Source of the DNA: an uncultured delta proteobacterium
Lineage (GTDB): Bacteria; Desulfobacterota; Syntrophobacteria; Syntrophobacterales; Syntrophobacteraceae
Length of the DNA stretch: 45,168 nt
Assembly: GCA_963808625.1 (NCBI GenBank)
Contig: CAWEHK010000047.1
Location: 1 to 45,168, forward strand
Direction of reading: 5' to 3'
The notes under the pieces were generated by a model. That model was given only the letters and a program-made list of their open reading frames with translations. It made no database searches and was not told the origin of the DNA. The position numbers and the translations under genes are program-made. Every line of letters begins with the position of its first letter. Position 1 is the first letter of the stretch. Positions 1 through 11,512 of this stretch are shown in pieces.

Positions 1-263
1 GTTATGTTGGCCTGGTTCGGTTCGGTCTTTGCTGCCTTCATTGGCTCTGGGTCGGGAGAGCGGTTGCTGTCTTTGAGCCCTTCGGTCGGGATGGCAACGG
101 CTGGAGAGAAGGCATCCTTTTGCGCGACTGACGAGGCTTTGTGAATGGTGCTTTGTTTTGATGTCGGGCCGGTCACCCCTTTCGGTAAGGAACAGGCTGT
201 GGGTGCGCTCCCGATTTTAGTGTTGGATGACCGGCTCTTCACAACTGGATCAGCCATCTTCAT
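1..263 (-). CDS. Hypothetical protein, 5' part (runs off the window edge)
   Basis: GAGGA RBS before ATG at 263; frame open to position 1 (MKMADPVVKSRSSNTKIGSAPTAC...); no recognisable motif. Confidence 0.4.
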   Translation of the reverse strand, partial: MKMADPVVKSRSSNTKIGSAPTACSLPKGVTGPTSKQSTIHKASSVAQKDAFSPAVAIPTEGLKDSNRSPDPEPMKAAKTEPNQANI

Positions 264-597
264 AATCCTCTGCAACAATTGGCCCATGTGGAGGCGCTTT
301 GGCTCTTCTGCGATGAAGGGCTGAATGCTGTCGCAGGTTCCGAGCGGTGAGAGATTCGTTAGCAGTTAGACCGATGGCTTGTGTAGTGATACCAGCCTAC
401 CTCATATAGAGCTGTTGGCACCGAGGCCTTTTGATTTCATAAATCTCTCCCATTCTTGAAAAACCGAGCATCGAAATCTTCAAGGGTTCCGAATCTTATG
501 TATAGAATTGCCTGGTTCGGGGAAGGTGGCTGGAAGCGCTCCCTCCCCTATCACTTACGATCATCCGTAGAGGTTTTAAATCCGCCTTGTTGCTTCA

Positions 598-965
598 CTA
601 TCGCGGATTTTCCCGAGATACCGCTGAGTCGTTGAGAGAATTCGAACGGCGCAGGATCACCTTGCCCACGATTTCGATGGGAACGCCTGATATTGAGGCA
701 TACGTGGCTGCATGCCTCCTGAGATCATGCGGCCTAAGGTCAATCCCGGCTAGCTTCCCGGCATTTTTGACAATGCTCCTTGCTGCAGCATAGGTGATCG
801 GGAAAATCCTGTGCTCAGGCTCGACTGCCTTGTCCTTCAGGTACGATCTCAAACGATCTACCACTTTTCGCGGAATGAACGCGGCCTCAGCGTCCTTGCC
901 GCTCTTCGGGCTTTGGATAACAAGCTTTTGGTCACTTACATCTCTGGGGGTGGGCTGCAGTACCT
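598..965 (-). pseudogene. Tyrosine recombinase/integrase C-terminal remnant
   Basis: ...PKSGK...RPHDLRRHAATYAS..GVPIEIVGKVILR box II motif; N-terminus missing and catalytic-Tyr region disrupted. Confidence 0.8.
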
Positions 966-1140
966 CTTACGTTAAAACCCTCGTGGAGGATTCGGAAATG
1001 AGGGCTTGACCCGGAGAGACGAACCACTCTTTCTCAACCAGACGAAATGTTGTATTTTATTGAGCCTGTCGGAATCAGGGAATTTTTCCGGGAGGTGATA
1101 CTATGCAGTGGTCCATAGACAAACTTACGAGGGAGGACTC

Positions 1141-1797
1141 ATGAAGGCGATAGCTGTCAACGGCAGCCCCAGGAAGAGCTGGAACACGGCGACTTTGCTG
1201 CGGAAGGCCCTGGCCGGGGCGAGGAAAAACGGCGCGGAGACCGAGTTAGTGCACCTCTACGGCCTGTCGTACAGAGGCTGCATCAGCTGCTTTGCCTGCA
1301 AGAAGATCGGCGGGAAGAGCTACGGCCGGTGCGCGGTCAGTGACGAACTCACCCCGCTCCTCAAGCGGGCCGCCGAGGCCGACATCCTGATCCTGGGATC
1401 ACCCATCTACTTTCACACGGAGACCGGCGCGATGCGCTCGCTCATGGAGCGCCTCCTGTTCCCGTACCTGACCTACACCCCCGGCTACGCCTCCATCTTT
1501 CCCGGCAAGGCTCTGACGGGCCTGGTCTACACCATGAACGTAACCGAGGAAAAGATGCCGGCCTTCTACCAGGACAAGTCCGTCGAGGCCTCCCGTGGCG
1601 TCATGACACGTGTCTTCGGCAACTGCGAAGTCCTGCTGTGCACGGACACGTTTCAGTTCACAGACTATTCGAAATACGTCTCCACGGCTTGGGACCCGGC
1701 CGCCAAGGCCAGGCGGCGCCAGGAAGTGTTCCCGCAGGACTGTGCAAAGGCCTATGAGCTGGGGGCGAGGCTCGCCCTCGCTGCAAAGGCCCGCTAG
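1141..1797 (+). CDS. Flavodoxin family / iron-sulfur flavoprotein (NADPH-dependent FMN reductase fold)
   Basis: GGAGG RBS; NGSPRKSWNT, CISCFAC...C cluster motif, GSPIY. Confidence 0.9.
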   Translation: MKAIAVNGSPRKSWNTATLLRKALAGARKNGAETELVHLYGLSYRGCISCFACKKIGGKSYGRCAVSDELTPLLKRAAEADILILGSPIYFHTETGAMRSLMERLLFPYLTYTPGYASIFPGKALTGLVYTMNVTEEKMPAFYQDKSVEASRGVMTRVFGNCEVLLCTDTFQFTDYSKYVSTAWDPAAKARRRQEVFPQDCAKAYELGARLALAAKAR

Positions 1798-1822
1798 CCC
1801 TGCCCCCGGTACTCGAAAGCAA

Positions 1823-1865
1823 AAACGACAGCCAGGGCGGGACCGCCCCGGCTGTCGTTTATTTG
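1823..1865 (+). terminator. Rho-independent terminator
   Basis: AAACGACAGCC...GGCTGTCGTTT hairpin followed by ATTT downstream of the flavoprotein gene. Confidence 0.65.
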
Positions 1866-2218
1866 TGGACCATCTCCTGCCAGGGTTCAAAGCACGGCGG
1901 AGATCATCCCAGGGGAGATTTTCCTGTTCCAAAGAGTGCGTAAGACACAACCCTGAAGACAGCAGCCCATCCCGAAGACAGTAGCAACCCACCCCGGTTT
2001 CCCGGTTGATCCCAATTAGAGTGGGTTTTCCGCCTTCCTCCGAGCCACGATTGACCCCGGCAGAGTGCACTTGTTCATCGCGTCAAATCAGATGTCCCCG
2101 ATTTCTCAATTGCCTGTTGCTGGGACCGCGATGATCATTTTTTTCTCAAAGATGTTGAGAGAAATGGCAAGCAGGCAAACGCGCTCACGTCTTTTAACCA
2201 GAGAAAGGAGAGCATCCC

Positions 2219-2575
2219 ATGGCAAAGATCTTGGAATGCGCCAAGGTGGACCCGTCGAGTGGGTGTCGGCACGTCATACGGGGAGAGACGGAAGAGGAGG
2301 TATTCCAGAGAGCGGCCGAGCACGCCAGGGAACACGGCATCCGCGACGTGACGCCCGAGTTGATCGTGCGCGTCAAAGCGAACATCCGTGACGCCTGGCG
2401 AGGGGCCCTGTCTGTTGCATCAACGCGCGGGGCTGACGAGAAAGCTCCGTGCCTCGTATCGCGTTCCGTGCGGGCTTTCGTCCGAAGCAAAAGGCACCAC
2501 GGACATGGCCCTCCAGCTTCCCCTGCGAGAACCGGGGTCGAACTCGAATTACGAATCCATCTCATCCCTTCCTGA
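2219..2575 (+). CDS. DUF1059-type small metal-binding protein (C-terminal extension doubtful)
   Basis: AGGAG RBS; C...GC.HVIRGETEEEVF..AAEHAREHG pattern; family-like region ends near IRDA (~2396). Confidence 0.7.
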   Translation: MAKILECAKVDPSSGCRHVIRGETEEEVFQRAAEHAREHGIRDVTPELIVRVKANIRDAWRGALSVASTRGADEKAPCLVSRSVRAFVRSKRHHGHGPPASPARTGVELELRIHLIPS

Positions 2576-2776
2576 CCAACTCCGCAACTATGTCTTGCCG
2601 CCTCCGGAGCTCATCCCGCAGTAGCAGGCCGCAGGAAAAGACTCAGCCGTTCCAGGTACCCTTGCCTTGGCTGAAAAAGATGTTGTGATTTTTCAGTCGG
2701 TTGCTATATTAGCTTGCTGCAAGCCACGTGCTGTTGTTGGCAAGGCAAATCGGTGGCCTTTGGTGTTCCGAAAACA

Positions 2777-3253
2777 ATGAAACTTGTGGTAATGTCCGAT
2801 ACCCATCTCAGTCACGTGACCGATCCGTTCAAGGAGATCTGTGAGCGCTATTGCCGTGATGCGGACATGGTGATTCATCTGGGAGACTGGACGCGCAGTG
2901 CGGTCCTTGATTACCTGGAGCAGTATCCCTTGCAGGCTGTTGCGGGCAATACGGATGAATACAGCATTCATCATCGTTTGCCGGTAAAGAAGGTGATTGA
3001 GGCAAAGGGATTTCGCATCGGCCTTATCCACGGGTGGGGCTCGGGAGGCGATTTGCGGAAGCGCTTGAAGACGCAGTTTGACAACGTGCATGCGATCTTT
3101 TTCGGACACACGCATCAGCCCCTCCAGCTTCAGGAAAACGGTCTCTTCTGGTTTAATCCGGGTTCGGTCTTCGCGGGGCGTGGGCAGGTTCGGGGCAGTG
3201 TGGGCGTGGTTCATGTCGAGCAGCAACTGCGCGGTGAAATTATCGTGTTATAG
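2777..3253 (+). CDS. Metallophosphoesterase, YfcE/MJ0936 family
   Basis: SDTH, IHLGD, GNTD, IHG, FGHTH, NPGS motifs. Confidence 0.92.
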   Translation: MKLVVMSDTHLSHVTDPFKEICERYCRDADMVIHLGDWTRSAVLDYLEQYPLQAVAGNTDEYSIHHRLPVKKVIEAKGFRIGLIHGWGSGGDLRKRLKTQFDNVHAIFFGHTHQPLQLQENGLFWFNPGSVFAGRGQVRGSVGVVHVEQQLRGEIIVL

Positions 3254-3259
3254 GATGGC

Positions 3260-3763
3260 ATGATGGAGAATCTCTGGGCTCCGTGGCGGATGGAGTACAT
3301 ACTGGGAAAACGGGAGCCGTATTGCATCTTTTGTCCTGAAGGAAACGGGCATTCGGACGAAGACCGACTTATTTTGCATCGTGGCCGTCTCGTGATGGTA
3401 ATGATGAACAAGTTTCCCTATAACAACGGCCACCTGCTGGTTGCGCCCTGGCGGCATGTCGCGAACCTGGAAGAGCTTGCCGAAGAGGAAATGACTCAGA
3501 TCATGCAGTGGCTGAAAATAACGACTGGGATCCTCAAGAGAATCATGCACCCGGATGGCTTTAACGTGGGCCTCAACCTGGGAAGCGCGGGAGGGGCGGG
3601 AGTGGAAGATCATCTTCATTTTCATGTGGTGCCGAGGTGGCAGGGAGACACCAATTTTCTCACGGTATTTGGCGACGTCAGAAGTATTCCCGAGCATTTG
3701 AAGCAGACTTACGAGAAGCTGTTACCCTATTTCAACAAGGAGAGCGTACATGAGATTCATTAA
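3260..3763 (+). CDS. HIT family hydrolase (Ap4A phosphorylase/FHIT-like)
   Basis: LWAPWRMEYI, CIFC, NKFPYNNGH, HLHFHVVPRW histidine triad. Confidence 0.93.
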   Translation: MMENLWAPWRMEYILGKREPYCIFCPEGNGHSDEDRLILHRGRLVMVMMNKFPYNNGHLLVAPWRHVANLEELAEEEMTQIMQWLKITTGILKRIMHPDGFNVGLNLGSAGGAGVEDHLHFHVVPRWQGDTNFLTVFGDVRSIPEHLKQTYEKLLPYFNKESVHEIH

Positions 3764-4031
3764 GCCAATCGTCATCCTGGTAATCCTCGGCCTTATCGCA
3801 GCATTCATCTGGCAGAATCTTCCGATCCTTAACCGCCCCGCAGCCCTTCGCGCTAAGCCTTGGTTTCGGGCAGCCTTTCAAGACGGCCCCTCCGGCTGCT
3901 TGTCTCTACGCCACTGCCGCCATAGTCGGTTTTTTGGTGGGGATACTGCAGTGATGCTGAAGCCCTCACAGAACGCACGCAAGAAACTGGCTCAAGAGCG
4001 GCAGGAGAAACAGGAAACGAAGACGGCATAG
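3750..4031 (+). CDS. Small membrane protein, LapA-like (probably frameshifted)
   Basis: N-terminal TM helix ending FIWQN; second hydrophobic stretch (AAIVGFLVG) lies in another frame; charged tail. Confidence 0.5.
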   Translation: MRFIKPIVILVILGLIAAFIWQNLPILNRPAALRAKPWFRAAFQDGPSGCLSLRHCRHSRFFGGDTAVMLKPSQNARKKLAQERQEKQETKTA

Positions 4032-4101
4032 TACAGCACCGCAGAAGAGAGTGACCGCAATCTCACGACGTCATTCCCGCTGGAAGCACGCGGGAATGAC
4101 G
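4030..4101. repeat. MITE/REP-like element (partial)
   Basis: AGTACAGCACCGCAGAAGAGAGT end plus palindrome CGTCATTCCCGC-N-GCGGGAATGACG; related to 6174-6275 and 18022-18179. Confidence 0.7.
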
Positions 4102-4141
4102 TTCTCGGATTTTCGCTCAGCGCTCTGTAGGTTCGCCGTGA

Positions 4142-5122
4142 TCACCCCAACGGCGCTTGCTCAGCCTCTTCGGACCCGCTCTTCGCCTGGAAGCGGGCGG
4201 CCCGCTGTTCCTTTCTTTCCTCAGATCTTTCGTCAGACCGGGAAACGGAATACTTCTGGAGGTAGCCTCGCGGGGTGATCATCCAGCCGCACCAGACGTA
4301 TGTCTGACTGTTGCCCACGAGCAGCGTTGACTGCATATCAACCTCTTCCAGCGGGATGCCGGCAAGGGTGGTGAGGGATGCCTGTCCGCCTGCTCTCATG
4401 GCCGATCGGACAATGGCCACCGGGGTCTCGGGGCGGCGGTGTTCGAGGAGGATCTTGCGAGCCTTCTCGAGCAGGTGGGGGCGGGTCTTGCTGCGCGGAT
4501 TGTAAAGCGCCAGGACAAAATCTGCCGAAGCCGCCGCGGCAAGGCGCCTGGCGATTACTTCCCAGGGCGTGAGATGATCACTGAGGCTGATTGCCGCGAA
4601 ATCATGCATGAGCGGGGCCCCTACCAGGGACGCAGCCGCGTTGAGGGCGCTCACTCCCGGGATCACCTCGACGGAAAAACCCACCGAAAGACCCGCCGCC
4701 TGCTCCGCTCCCGTCGCCGGACTTGAAAGGCACAGGTTCTGCTCGCGACAGAGGTCGAAGACGAGTCCCGCCATCCCGTATATGCCCGCATCGCCGCTCG
4801 AGATGATCGCTACACGATACCCCCGAAGGGCATAATCAATGGCCGCCTGGCAGCGCTCCACCTCTTTCCGCATGCCGCTGGCGCAGATCGTTTTGCCTTC
4901 CAGCAGGTCGGAGATCAGCTCCAGATAGGTCTTGTAGCCGACAATGACTTCCGCCGCCCGGAGCGCCTCCAGTGCCCGGGGGACCAGAAAGGAACGATCT
5001 CCCGGCCCCAGACTTACGATGGAAAGGCGACCCGGGCAACGGCCAGGGTCACGTTGGCGGTCTTCTGCTTCGTTATGAGTAACTGGCTGCTCTGGGCGCT
5101 CAGCAGCGCGGTTGCTTCGCAT
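4142..5122 (-). CDS. cbiH: Cobalt-precorrin-3B C17-methyltransferase
   Basis: VSLGPG, IVGYKTY, SSGDAGIYGMAG, HDFAAISLSD.LTPW, YNPRS, MITPRGY. Confidence 0.95.
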   Translation of the reverse strand: MRSNRAAERPEQPVTHNEAEDRQRDPGRCPGRLSIVSLGPGDRSFLVPRALEALRAAEVIVGYKTYLELISDLLEGKTICASGMRKEVERCQAAIDYALRGYRVAIISSGDAGIYGMAGLVFDLCREQNLCLSSPATGAEQAAGLSVGFSVEVIPGVSALNAAASLVGAPLMHDFAAISLSDHLTPWEVIARRLAAAASADFVLALYNPRSKTRPHLLEKARKILLEHRRPETPVAIVRSAMRAGGQASLTTLAGIPLEEVDMQSTLLVGNSQTYVWCGWMITPRGYLQKYSVSRSDERSEERKEQRAARFQAKSGSEEAEQAPLG

Positions 5123-6115
5123 ACGCTCTCGACTCCTACGTGTCCCAGCACCATGCGTGACGGGTTGGGTACTGCCACCTGGTCAATTTCCCGGCGGGAA
5201 TAGAAACGGATGGGCCTTCCCAGCGCTTTCGCCGCTTCCAGCATGCCCTGCTCATCCGACTTGAGGTCAATACTGGCCAAATTCCTGATCGACAGGAGGC
5301 ACAGTCGTTCGCGGTCAAATGTGGTGCGCAAAAAATCCGAGAATTTCCTCGACCGGCGTTCCTCGATTGCAGCCAACTCCCACCACCAGGTTTTGCGGGC
5401 GCAGGAGCAGACATCGAGAACCAGCGGGCGCCAGGTATTCGGAAACCCAAATGCCGGCATGCTCCTGGTCGCAATCCGGCAGCTTTGCCCATTCCTCCAG
5501 CCGGACAACCTTCACTTCACCTTCAAGGGCAGGTGCGAGCCTGCGGTCAGGGTCGTACAGCCACACCGGCTCGTCTTCGAGGATGCGACGCGCCACGCCC
5601 GCAAGCATTTCCGGGTTTTCAATTTCGAGCCCCAGTTTCTGCGCGATAAGGTCGATCGCCGGCCGTTTTTGAACATCCGAAGCGGTAGTGATAACCGCTT
5701 GGCCGCCGGTTATCCGGGCAATGGTTTCAGCGAGGCGATTGGCCCCTCCGAGATGACCGGAAACCAGGCTGATGACGTACTGTCCTCGTTCGTCCAGGAC
5801 CACCACCGCCGGGTCCCGGGTCTTGTGCTTCAGCAGCGGTGCAATTTGACGAACCACGATTCCGGTCGCCATGATGAAAACCAGCGCTCGATACCGGCGC
5901 CACAACTCCGGGACCACCGCCGCCAGGCGGTCGAACCCCACGGCCCCGAGAGCCAGCGCAAAACGATGCCGCTCGGGGACATAACAAACACATTCCGGAA
6001 GGCCTGCCTGGATCTGCAGGGCCAGCCTGACCCCGTTTCTGGTGAGCGCAATGACCGCTGTGGCGGCGTATTGTCCGCCAAGTACCGCGTGTTGTGCGCC
6101 CTGGCTCCTCTCCAT
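5014..6115 (-). CDS. cbiG: Cobalt-precorrin-5A hydrolase (frameshift near 5320)
   Basis: MATGIVVR, DPAVVV, SGHLGGAN, VITTASD, GVGCNRG; C-terminal SIDLKSDE...SVCEA in a second frame. Confidence 0.92.
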
Positions 6116-6173
6116 CGGATGCTTCCATTGTTTCCAGGCGCACCGCTAAAGGGCGATCCCTCGGGCCCCAATC

Positions 6174-6275
6174 AGTACAGCGCTGCATGAGTAAGTGTCC
6201 GAAGCCAGTTCGTCATACCGGCGAAAGCCGGTATCCAGGCAATTCTTCCGGATTCCGGTTGCCGCCGGAATGACG
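6174..6275. repeat. MITE/REP-like element
   Basis: AGTACAGCGCTGCATGAGTAAGT end plus paired palindromes GTCATACCGGCGAAAGCCGGTATCCAG ... GGATTCCGG..CCGGAATGACG. Confidence 0.7.
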
Positions 6276-6344
6276 TGTCAGGTGCAGGGTCATGACCTTG
6301 TAGCGAGCCCGCACTCGGTCAACCCTCACCTCCTGGCTGGCGGT

Positions 6345-9300
6345 TCACCGCATCGCGGCAGCTTTATTCAAAATCTCCTCCACCCGGCGCAGATGTTCCA
6401 CCTCGCTCGACCGGCAGTCTGGTTCGGAAGACTCCCTTACCTCCCCTTCAGGCACGGGCGCCCATAATTCGATACTGCTCTCTGCGGGGTTTGGTCCAAA
6501 CGAATCGAAGAGCTTCGGTCCCGTTTCCCCACCGGCCACATAGAGACGCCCGCCCATGAGTTCGCCGGTAACCAGGGACCCGTGAGCCCTGGGCATGGAC
6601 TGTTTTGTGGCCAGTTTCCCGGTGACGGGATCAAAGAGGTGGGTCCTCCCAGTTCCCTCGGCAATGGCGATCTTTCCGCCCAGGGGTGCGGCGGTGTCCC
6701 ATCCGGTAAGGTTCAGTTTGGAAAAGGATAGAGAAGACGCCCACTTATTGGTCTTGGGGTTGAAGATTTCGATCTTGTCATTGCGCCAATTGCCTCCAAT
6801 GACGTATATCTTCCCGTCCAAAACGGCGGTTGACGACCCGTAGCCGGCGGTCGGCATGTCGGCTTTTTGGGTAAAGCCCAGGGTCGCGGGATCGAACTCC
6901 CACGTTGTGTTCAACGGGCCGTATCCTCCGAAGAAATAGATCTTACCGTCGTATATGGCAGGCTCGCTCGTCCATTCGAGATTCGGCACAGTACCTCCCA
7001 GAGGAGACAGGATTTTGGTTGTCAGGTCATACGTCCAGCCCTGGTCCCCCGGATCGGAAGCGTCGAAAATATAGATCATGTTCGAGAGGGCTGCCGCCCG
7101 CAGCAGATAGCCCATCTCGCCGACGTCTTTTTGGCTCCAGGTCTTGGTCGAAGGGTTATAGATGCGAATTTTGCCCCAGTTGGCCGGGGCGCCGCCACCG
7201 ATGACATAGAGTTTGCCGGCCGCCACCGCCGATCCTGCCCAGTCAGCACCCGTGGGCATTGCCGCCTCGGAACGCCAACTGTATTCGCCGCCAGGCGTGA
7301 CGCTGTTCGAGGCAGCCGAAGGCGGGCCTGTGCCCACCGCGTTGGTGGCTGCCACGGTGAAGCTGTAAGCCGTGCCATTGGTCAACCCCGTTACCGTGAT
7401 CGGGCTTGACGCCCCTTTGCCGGTCTTCCCCCCCGGACTCGAGGTGGCGGTGTATTCGATGATCGGACTGCCGCCGTCGGAAGCCGGCGGAGTGAAGGTG
7501 ACGGTCGCCCGGGCGTCGCCGGTCGTAGCTGTACCAATGATGGGCGCCCCGGGTAGTCCCGCCGGCGTGATGCTGTTCGAGGCGGCCGAAGGTGGGCCTG
7601 TACCCACCGTGTTGGTGGCTGTCACGGTGAAGGTGTAGGCCGTGCCATTGGTCAACCCCGTTACCGTAATCGGGCTTGACGCCCCTTTGCCGGTCTTCCC
7701 CCCGGACTCGAGGTGGCGGTGTATTCGATGATCGGACTCCCACCGTCGGAAGCCGGTGGGGTGAAGGTGACGGTCGCCCGGGTATCGCCCGCCGTGGCGG
7801 TGCCTATTGTTGGCGCTCCGGGGACCGTGGGGACCGTAGTGCTGATCATGATGGTCCCTGACTTAACGCAGCCCACGCTCCCCGAGACGGCCGTGAGCGT
7901 CCACGTGTAAGTGCCTTCGACGGTGTAGGTGTGAAAAGGATTCCGGCTGGCCACCGCCGGAGATTTGTCTCCGAAAGTCCAGGTGTAGGTGACGGCATCG
8001 GCGCAGTCCCTGGTGGAAGCGCTTCCCTGGAAGGAAACCGGGGATGCGGGTGGGGCCAACGAGGGTGCGGTGGCGGTGCAGGAGACGCTGCAGGAGCTCG
8101 TGCCAAAGACCGTGGCGCCGACCGAGAAGCTCGCTTTCTGCTTGCCGTAGACACCCAGGTACCAATCACCGCCGCTCAGAGGTCGCGGGGTGCTCGCAGA
8201 GGTCACGGTGATCTTCTCCGAACCGGTGGCGCCGTTGGACCGGTAGTCATGGTTCGAGAGGCTCGGTTTCGCGCCCTTTCTGAGGTAGAGATCCACATTG
8301 CCGGAAGCGGTACCGGTGTATGCCTCGAGAGAAAGGGAATCGCCCGGCACGGTAATGCGGAAGAACTTCCAGGCTCTGATGCCCACGGAGTCGCTCACAG
8401 GGATGCCGCTCTGGAGCTGGCGTACGTGCTGAGGCGGAGGAGTGCCGGAATACCAGGGCTCGAAGGCGCGGATTCGTTGCCGGCGCCGTCGAAGGCGACC
8501 ACAGCAAACCGGTATTTCCCACCCGCCCGAAGGCCCTCCACCCGGGCGCCGGTGCCGGCCGGGGCGGTCACGCCAAAGGGATACCCCGGCAGGGCCGGGC
8601 TGTCGGTGTAAAGGATGCGATAACCCTTCACCCCGGCACTGGGCGGTGCCGTCCACTGGAGCTGGCAGACTGTACCGGAAAAAGACCCGGTAAGGTTGGT
8701 CGGCGGTTTTATGGCTCCGGAGCCGATTTGCAAGGGGTTGGCATAGTAGGTGATCACCGGGGGATTCTTCCCGTCGTCGGTGCGCGCGAAAAGGTAGTAG
8801 GTGCCTCCGGTCACCCCTTGGGCGTTCCAGACGGCGGATACGGTTCCCGATGCGGCTGAGAGGTTCTCGGCGATGGGCTCGCCCATCCCGCCGTCAGCAA
8901 GGTCTGAGACAAAGAGAGAGACCTTTGTGAGCGATGAGGCGGGACGGACGGAAGCCTGGATGCTCACCTCGCCGGCAGTGACGCCGACTGCGGTGAAAGT
9001 GGTGGTCGGGGTGGGGGTGGGGGCAAGACATTGGAAGGTCACATCGGCATCCGCGAGGTTTGTCACACCCAGCGTCCAAGTCCCGGCGATGGCTTCATCC
9101 ACGCGAAAGAGGGCCACTTTGAGGCTGTTGTCCGCCGCGTAATGGACGTCCGGATGGCTTCCCACGTCAGCAGGCGTGATCGTGGCGCCCGAAGGGGTCT
9201 TCAGGTAGATGGCCGGAAGTGCCACAGACGGGTCGTTGGCCGCAACGGCGAAAAGGGCCTGGCGCTGGGGCGTCGCGAGCGTAAAGCTCCGCTCGGCGGA

Positions 9301-11286
9301 GGTCTTCGCGAGGGCAGCTTTCGCCAGACCCAAACCGACAACATCGGCGTAGTTCGGACCCACAAGGAGGGAGAAATCCTCATTGTCATATTGCAACACG
9401 ACTGCCAGGCTGAGGGGACCGATCTTCTGCATTCCCCGAAACATCCCCTGCCAGCCGTTCTGTCCGGGACTGATCAACATATCCATGTCCACGGCGTTGA
9501 GGGTGAGTGGCAGGGTCACAGCCGAGGTGAGCGCCGTCTTCACTGCGCGGCAGGGAGCGTTGTACCAGGAACAGGAAAAATCGGGGACCTGGAGCGTCCC
9601 CAGGCTGCCGCCAGCAATGGTTTTCTTCGAGACGCTCAGAAATCCGCTGACGTTGGATTGGTAGATGCCTGCCAGGTCCGTCCACCCCTTGAAAGTGACT
9701 CCGGCGAAGTGGGGCTTGAAGCTGATGCGGCCCGAGAGGTTTCCTACGGGGAAGCCCAGGAGGTTCGCGGTGCCGCCTTCCAGGACCATCAGGTAGGGCC
9801 GCTGATATCCCACGCCCACCTGACTCAGGGTGAAAACCTCACCGGGTACTTCCGCGATGCCCAGATCGCCCCCAATGAAGATGAAAAACTTGGGAACGTC
9901 GCAGATGTTGTCCACCTTCAGGGTGAACCCGGCCAGGCCGAGGCCCGTCGTGCCGAGGGGAATCGGGTCGGGGAGGCCGATGGCGATGTCGAAGCCGTTG
10001 AGCCCCGCCCCATCTGCCGAACAGGAGGGCTTGATACGAATGGTGGCGCTCACCGACCAGGTGCCCATGAAGGGAAAGCCCACGGACACACTGCCGGTGA
10101 ATATGTCCGTGTCCGGATCGTAGACGCCCGACATGCCGAAGAACTGGATGCCGGGGGAAAGCTGACCTTCGATGAGCTCAAATCCCAGGAGCGTTTTCTG
10201 GCCTCCGGAAACATACAGGATGTTCCCTTTGAAGGAGGCGAGAGTGAGGGCCGCGTTCCCGATGTAGAGGGTCGGCTCGATCTTGACGCCGTCAGTCTCG
10301 AGAGTGATGGGAGTTCCCGAGACCAAGAGCGGCAAACCCGCCAGGGACGCCGCCCACTGGGTCCCGGTGAGTTTCGGCGTAAGGGTCCCCGCAGCCCCGT
10401 CCACATCGAAGGAGAGGCCGGGGCCCTTAAGGAGCGTCTCCTTCGAATCGTGCTTCAGTTTGACGAAGACATCCCCGTCCGTGGCAAGAGTCCCATGCCC
10501 GGTAGCAGGGTCGCCGGTGAAGACGGAATCGGCGCTGAAAAAGAGCATCCCGTTGATGTTCACGTTCCCCGAGAGGGTGTAGATGTTCTGCGCCGGGTCC
10601 TTGCCGAGGCTTTGCCCACAGATGGAGAGGTCGCCCACCTGGATGCAGTTGGACACAACGATGATGTCCCCGGCGCTCGCACAGCTCCAGCAGTCCCCCA
10701 GCGCATAGGCCCAGGTGGAGAAGGTCCACTTGTACACACCGCCCTGGGTGTACGTGTGACTGGCGTTCATCCCCTCGGCGGTGGCCCCGTCTCCGAAGTC
10801 CCACCCGTTGTAGCCATAGTCCGAGCAGGTGGATGTTCCCGTAAAGTTGACGGTGAGGGGCGGGGGACCCGGTGTGTAGGGGGCGGCGGCCGAGCAGCCA
10901 AAATTAGTTCTGGCGACATTCACGCGCCCTGACCGGGTGCAGGTCGCGCCGTCGGCGCTGGCGGTGAAGGTCCAGTCGAAGTCCTTGCCGTAGAATCCGG
11001 GATCCGGGTAGGAGTGCGCGGGGTCCTGGTCCGTGGAAGAGGCTCCGTCTCCGAATGTCCAAAGATATTGGACGGGACTTGTGCACCCTGCGGGGACGGC
11101 CACCCCCGTGAACTGCACCGGTTGCTCAGGAAGGGTCCAGTAGGCGGACACCCCCGCGTAGCAGGTGATGGCGCAGGCCCCCTCGTTCCGGTCCCTGGCG
11201 TCCGCCTGAGCGTACCCCGCAACCGCCATGGCAAGCAACATGGCCGCCACAACCATCCTCACCAGACCTGAAAATGCGGTTCTCAT
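6345..11286 (-). CDS. Large secreted/surface protein: signal peptide, PKD domains, beta-rich region, FN3, PPC, PKD, 2x FN3, Kelch beta-propeller (frameshifts ~8470 and ~7700)
   Basis: Three consecutive ORFs in shifted frames; WTFGDG/WDFGDG PKD motifs, [28 protein letters not shown]3, KLYVIGG/KIYFFGG/KIYVIGG Kelch repeats. Confidence 0.85.
7300..7825 (-). repeat. Two tandem near-identical FN3-coding repeats (~264 bp)
   Basis: Repeated GCCGTGCCATTGGTCAACCCCGTTACCGT.ATCGGGCTTGACGCCCCTTTGCCGGTCTTCCCCCC at ~7370 and ~7640. Confidence 0.85.
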
Positions 11287-11512
11287 GACTTCTTCCTCTG
11301 TCTTTCCGGGACCAAACCGACCTGCCTCTCTCTTCTTCCCTATACCCCATACCCCGCTTTTCATAGAAACCTGGGAGATGACCAGAAAATGGTGACGGGA
11401 AATCACCCGTTTCAGCTTGCCGCGGACCCTGTGGAAGTTGTCAAGAAGGTCTACAGGACCCACTGGCTGAAGCAGGGCATTAAGCAAAACGGTTCTATTG
11501 TGACCGGCACAA

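Noticed and set aside
505..555. Group II intron 3' end-like sequence (GGTTCGGGGAAGG...CCCCTAT)
   Set aside because: No recognisable domain V helix or RT nearby; the resemblance is too short.
9031..10932. 633-aa plus-strand ORF (and similar long antisense ORFs such as 5210-6190 and 18286-19038)
   Set aside because: Antisense shadows of well-supported GC-rich genes, with no motifs.
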